DNA of 48,318 nt, taken from positions 18,343 through 66,660 of the forward strand of contig JAHXBT010000038.1 in NCBI GenBank assembly GCA_020054695.1. Reading direction: 5' to 3'. The stretch is from Rickettsiales bacterium. GTDB lineage: Bacteria; Pseudomonadota; Alphaproteobacteria; Rickettsiales; UBA1997. A program made the position numbers and the translations under genes. The notes beneath the pieces were generated by a model that saw only the letters and a list, made by a program, of their open reading frames with translations, did not search any database and was not told where the DNA came from. This document shows, piece after piece, positions 43,761 to 48,318 of this stretch; position 1 is the stretch's first letter, and each line of letters opens with the position of its first letter.

Positions 43761-44708
43761 ATGAAAAAGAACTATAAATTAGGTTTTTCACTGATTGAAA
43801 TTTCGGTTGTAGTATTAATTATAGGTGTTTTAATTGCTGCTATTACAACTGGTACTGATCTTGTTAAGAGGTCAAAGCTAGCTTCTGCTCGTAATTTGTC
43901 GTCCAATTCATCAATATATGGTATGAAGGATTTGGTATTGTGGTTTGAACCTTCTTTACCAACTAGTTTTTATGCAGAAGGCGAGGGTGAACCGATTGAA
44001 GTGTGGTCTAATAATTCTAAATTTTACAGTATTGGATCGGCTGTACAAAGCAGTGATGAAAATCCAAAACTCCCTATATATATAAAAGATGCAATTAATC
44101 ATATTCCTGCTGTAAGGTTTTATTGCGAAAGCGCCTCTGATTGTGGACAGCATCTCAACATCCCTGATGTTGCTGGTTTATTAGAAGAAACTGACTTAAC
44201 TATATTTATTCTTGAAAATAGGAATAGCAATAATACAGATGTGAAGCGTAGTATATTAACCTCGGGTGGCAATAATGGTTTGGAGATATATTATAATAAC
44301 TCAGATCAATTTACGGTTGATAATAAATCTGGCGAACCAAAGACATCTAACGTATCCCCAGTAGCGCCAACTTTGCATTACCTTAGTTTATTTTACAGCA
44401 GTAATAATGAAGATTTTAAAGTTGATGACAATATTATAATAAGAAAAGGATATAATTATTATAAAAATAAAAGATTACCTGAAAACGGTGCTATGCCGTC
44501 AGTGACTACAGTAATACAAGATAATGATGAAAATTCTCGATTTTCTACTGGATCTATGGGTGAAACAATTAAGATTGGTAATGATACTCAAACTTATTCA
44601 GGAAATATCTCCGAAATATTAATATTCTCCACGAGGTTAAGACAGGAAGAGTTGGTAGATATATTTGATTATTTTGAGGCTAAGTATAATATAGCTTTGG
44701 AAGATTGA
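43761..44708 (+). CDS. prepilin-type N-terminal cleavage/methylation protein with predicted LamG/ConA-like C-terminal domain (paralog 1)
   Basis: Class III signal MKKNYKLG|FSLIEISVVVLIIGVLIAAI (Glu5), then LVLWFE, AINHIPAVRF, GNISEILIFSTRL...YFEAKY. Confidence 0.88.
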   Translation: MKKNYKLGFSLIEISVVVLIIGVLIAAITTGTDLVKRSKLASARNLSSNSSIYGMKDLVLWFEPSLPTSFYAEGEGEPIEVWSNNSKFYSIGSAVQSSDENPKLPIYIKDAINHIPAVRFYCESASDCGQHLNIPDVAGLLEETDLTIFILENRNSNNTDVKRSILTSGGNNGLEIYYNNSDQFTVDNKSGEPKTSNVSPVAPTLHYLSLFYSSNNEDFKVDDNIIIRKGYNYYKNKRLPENGAMPSVTTVIQDNDENSRFSTGSMGETIKIGNDTQTYSGNISEILIFSTRLRQEELVDIFDYFEAKYNIALED

Positions 44709-44769
44709 TTTATCACTAATTGACTTTGATTTAGTGTTTCTTTTAAGATAATTATTAATATTTTAAATT

Positions 44770-45645
44770 ATGAAGAATAATTTTAAGTTAGGATTTTCAC
44801 TTTTAGAAGTTTCTGTTGTATTGTTAATTGTTGGCATCTTGTTAGCCTCTGTTAGCGCGGGTAAGAGCATGATTAAAACTTCGCGTATAACTTCTGCGCA
44901 GTCACTCACAGCTAATTCTCCAGTTTCTGCTGTAGAAGGATTAGTTATTTGGTTAGAGCCAACGTTGACAGCAAGCTTTTCAGAGGACGACACTTATGAC
45001 TATCAAGATATTTCTGGTTGGCAAAACATAACTAACTACTTCACTTCAAGCAAGTTTAATATTGTAGGTAGTGCTCCGAAATACGTTGAATCATCAATAA
45101 ATGACTTACCTTCAGTGAGATTTGAGACTGGTAGGTCACTAGATATTAACTCAGCCCTAAAAAATATCACGGGTACTAATTTTTCAATATTTATTGTTGA
45201 GGAAAAGTCAGTTAATAATAATGGTGGTAAAATAATTAGTAGTGATTCTTTAACCCTAAAATACAATGATAGTAATAATTTTATTATCGAAAAAAACGGC
45301 AGTGCAGAAATAACTACTACAGTTGCTAATAATTCTCCAGCTATTAATTACATATCCTTTGCTTCTTCTGCTTCTGGTATTGCACCTGAGGGCCTTAATT
45401 ACTATAGAAATAAAGGTATATTTTTTGATGGATCAAATACAAAAACTATAAATCCAACTACAGAATCTACTAACAATAATAGTATTCCTTCGATATCAGG
45501 GGCCACATTAGGTGCTGTTACTGGTGGATATTATGGTGATATTTCTGAACTTATAGTATATAATAATTTACTAACTATTGCTGAACTCGAAGAGATTCTT
45601 AATTATTTAAGTTCAAAATATAGAATAACTCTAAACAGGGAATAA
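44770..45645 (+). CDS. prepilin-type N-terminal cleavage/methylation protein with predicted LamG/ConA-like C-terminal domain (paralog 2)
   Basis: MKNNFKLG|FSLLEVSVVLLIVGILLASV, then LVIWLE, SINDLPSVRF, GDISELIVYNNLL...YLSSKY. Confidence 0.88.
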   Translation: MKNNFKLGFSLLEVSVVLLIVGILLASVSAGKSMIKTSRITSAQSLTANSPVSAVEGLVIWLEPTLTASFSEDDTYDYQDISGWQNITNYFTSSKFNIVGSAPKYVESSINDLPSVRFETGRSLDINSALKNITGTNFSIFIVEEKSVNNNGGKIISSDSLTLKYNDSNNFIIEKNGSAEITTTVANNSPAINYISFASSASGIAPEGLNYYRNKGIFFDGSNTKTINPTTESTNNNSIPSISGATLGAVTGGYYGDISELIVYNNLLTIAELEEILNYLSSKYRITLNRE

Positions 45646-45647
45646 TA

Positions 45648-46973
45648 TTGTCTGCAATTTTTGCTAATCTGGGTTATTCAGCATATGGTAATAGCTCCTT
45701 GTGTGTTTTTAGGATATCTGGTGAGACAGCCTTGTTTTGTTTGAAATTTTTAGGTATTAAGACTAATCTGAAGCACCGCATTTCTACTCTTTGCAATATT
45801 ATTGACACTAATGATAAATCAATAATAGATCAAGTATTGATCACTTATTTCAAAGCTCCATATAGTTATACAGGTCAAGATGTTATCGAAATTTCTTGCC
45901 ATCCATCATTTTTTATAGTCAATAAAGTAACCAATATCCTTCTAAATATAGAAGGATTTGATTATGCTAAAGAAGGAGAATTTACAAAATTAGCACTCCT
46001 AAATAATAAAATTGATTTAATTCAAGCTGAAGCTGTACTTGATGTTATAAATTCTAAAACCAAATCACAGCATAGTCAGGCCATAAAACAATTGACTGGT
46101 AAAAATAGTTCTATTTATCATAATTTTAGAAAAAAAATTATTAACATCATTGCTAATATTGAATCTGCAATTGACTTTCCTGATGAGGACTTACCTTTTA
46201 AAATTATAGAAAATGCAAAAAAAGATATAAATTATTTAATAGAAAATATATCTAAGCAATTAAAAAATAATATAGGCCAAAAAATTAAGGAAGGAATCTC
46301 TTTGGTTATATTAGGAAATCCTAATGTAGGTAAGTCAACTTTAATGAATTTTTTAAATCAAAAGGATATATCAATTGTCTCAAATATTCCAGGTACTACA
46401 CGTGATGTGGTAGAAACTCATTTAGACATTGCAGGGTATGAAGTAGTGGTGTCTGATACAGCTGGTATTAGGGAATCTAATGATTTAATTGAAAAAGAAG
46501 GAATTGATAGAGCAATTAAAAAATCACAGGAAGCAGACATTAAAATTATAATTTTGGATTCTTGTGGATTAGATTCAGATAATTTAGAACTTTATGATGA
46601 AAACACAATTTTAATAATAAATAAAATTGATGTTTGTAATCCTATATTAAATAAAAAACTATCAAATAAAGATCCAATTTTAATTTCCTTAGAACAGGAT
46701 ATTAATTTAAATCAAGTTCTTCCGAAGATTGAAGATAAAATTAAAAATATTGTTGGTAACAATAATGATGAATCAATAATTACTAATCAAAGGCATAAAT
46801 CCTCCTTAGAAAATATTCTATTTTCTTTAATTCAAATCGATTTTTCTAATAATATTGAAATTACAGCAGAAAAATTACGATCAATTGCTAGTAATATTGG
46901 TCAAATTACAGGTGAGGTTGGTGTTGATGATGTTTTAGATGTAATATTCTCAAAATTTTGTATTGGTAAATAA
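45648..46973 (+). CDS. mnmE: tRNA modification GTPase MnmE (TrmE)
   Basis: PYSYTGQDVIE, DLIQAE, GNPNVGKS, GTTRD, DTAG, NKID, C-terminal FCIGK. TTG start. Confidence 0.96.
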   Translation: MSAIFANLGYSAYGNSSLCVFRISGETALFCLKFLGIKTNLKHRISTLCNIIDTNDKSIIDQVLITYFKAPYSYTGQDVIEISCHPSFFIVNKVTNILLNIEGFDYAKEGEFTKLALLNNKIDLIQAEAVLDVINSKTKSQHSQAIKQLTGKNSSIYHNFRKKIINIIANIESAIDFPDEDLPFKIIENAKKDINYLIENISKQLKNNIGQKIKEGISLVILGNPNVGKSTLMNFLNQKDISIVSNIPGTTRDVVETHLDIAGYEVVVSDTAGIRESNDLIEKEGIDRAIKKSQEADIKIIILDSCGLDSDNLELYDENTILIINKIDVCNPILNKKLSNKDPILISLEQDINLNQVLPKIEDKIKNIVGNNNDESIITNQRHKSSLENILFSLIQIDFSNNIEITAEKLRSIASNIGQITGEVGVDDVLDVIFSKFCIGK

Positions 46974-47079
46974 CTAACACCACACCACTTTCCTAAAGCA
47001 AAAGTCTTTTTTAAAAATAGAAAATTACATAATAGATATAATTTTAAATTTGATTTCCATGCTTAGTTATATGATATAA

Positions 47080-48318
47080 TTATTCTATAATTTCTAATAT
47101 ACCTTTATTTTTATCTTTAGATTCCTGTAATTCTTTTTTAGGGTCTGAATCAAAAGTAATAGCACCTCCGGATTGGAACTCAAACTTATTGTCAGAAATT
47201 ATTAAAGTTCTAATTACGACTGATAATTTACAAATATTGTGATTAATGAGGCCGATAGCTCCACTGTAAATACCCCTTTCCATTTTCTCTAATTCATCGC
47301 ATATTGATATAGCCTTGATGTTTGGTGCGCCGGCAATTGATCCTGGCGGAAAGCATCCCCTGATAACGTCAATATTATTTTTGTTAGAAGATTTTTCTCC
47401 AATAATTTTTGAAACCATATGGTGGATTTTTTTAAAAGATAAAATTTGAAAAAGATCTTTGGTATATACAGAATTTATTTTACAATTACGTGATAAATCA
47501 TTTCGGACCAAATCAACAATCATTAAATTTTCTGCTTTTTCCTTTTCACTGTCTTGTAAATATTTAAAATTCTTTCTATCGATAATTTTATCTGCTGATC
47601 TCGGTGAAGTACCTTTAATTGGTTGGGAAAAAATTTTATTCTTATTAATATCTAAAAATAACTCTGGAGATGAAGAAATAATAATTAAATCAGCAAGTTT
47701 AATAAATGAACTATAATTTCCTGGACTTATATTTATAAGATTTTTAAAAACATCAAAGTAGTTTTCTTTTTGACACGTACCATAAAATTTACGAGTTAAA
47801 TTAGCTTGATATATTTCACCATTAGCTATTCTTTTTTTTATATCAAAAACTTTTTTTAGATATTCTTTGTCACTAAAATTATTTTCTAAATTGTTAGTTT
47901 GTAATTTTTTACCTTTAAAATTAATTTTATGATTAAGGTTAAAAATAAAGTTATCAAATTGTTCTTGAAGAATTTTTGGAAATTTACAGATAATTTCTTG
48001 TTTGTCATGATCAAACTCTAGATTGAAATTAAATTTGGCAAAATATAACTTTGGAATCTGTAAATAATTGTAATTAATTTCATGAAAATCTTCAAGAGTA
48101 TTTTTTAATTCATATGATAAATAGCCAAAATAATTTTCCTTTTTATTTGCTGCAATCTCACTCTCCATCTCATCAAAATCATTTGACTTAACGATCTTAT
48201 TAATACCAAAGGAAATGAATGACTTAGAATCTTGGTATTCCTTATCTAAAGCTGAATATAAAAAAATAAAATTTTCTGAAAATTCAGGATTATTTGCTAT
48301 ATTATCAGCAACAATAAC
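47080..48318 (-). CDS. pabB: aminodeoxychorismate synthase component I (5'-truncated by window edge)
   Basis: GEIYQANL, SSPELF, PIKGT (PabB-type Lys), AENLMIVDLVRND, RGIYSG, IRT. The frame stays open from 48168 to the window end (VIVADNIANNPEFSENFIFLYSALD...). Confidence 0.88.
   Translation of the reverse strand, partial: VIVADNIANNPEFSENFIFLYSALDKEYQDSKSFISFGINKIVKSNDFDEMESEIAANKKENYFGYLSYELKNTLEDFHEINYNYLQIPKLYFAKFNFNLEFDHDKQEIICKFPKILQEQFDNFIFNLNHKINFKGKKLQTNNLENNFSDKEYLKKVFDIKKRIANGEIYQANLTRKFYGTCQKENYFDVFKNLINISPGNYSSFIKLADLIIISSSPELFLDINKNKIFSQPIKGTSPRSADKIIDRKNFKYLQDSEKEKAENLMIVDLVRNDLSRNCKINSVYTKDLFQILSFKKIHHMVSKIIGEKSSNKNNIDVIRGCFPPGSIAGAPNIKAISICDELEKMERGIYSGAIGLINHNICKLSVVIRTLIISDNKFEFQSGGAITFDSDPKKELQESKDKNKGILEIIE

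Overview
Very AT-rich, densely coding bacterial chromosome segment. Its housekeeping proteins (long C-terminally extended Icd, PccB, SdhB, COQ9-like protein, FolC with a PHWP N-terminus, NrdB) look alphaproteobacterial and Rickettsiales-like (inference). It nevertheless carries leucine, phenylalanine, biotin, folate, CoA and MEP-isoprenoid genes. Gene order is heavily shuffled, with most operon partners missing. I find about 44 CDS (two missed by the ORF track: a partial ORF at 3-323 and a Trm112-family gene at 17747-17920), one frameshifted yceI and one tRNA-Glu(UUC). I see no CRISPR array, IS or prophage. The most notable items are: (1) a seven-gene methylated/furan fatty-acid-type cluster at 7831-14367; (2) two tandem divergent type IV pilin/pseudopilin genes with a predicted LamG/ConA-like head at 43761-45645; (3) an unannotated secreted protein with a duplicated 8-Cys module, between leuB and tolQ; (4) a Trm112 gene overlapping rlmE; (5) substitutions at normally conserved residues (GyrB EGNSA, equivalent to E. 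coli D426N; Icd metal-ligand Asp to Cys; cytochrome b561 His to Arg; PabB GAPK to GAPN), which could be biology or sequence error. All family assignments come from motif recognition by eye, not from database searches.
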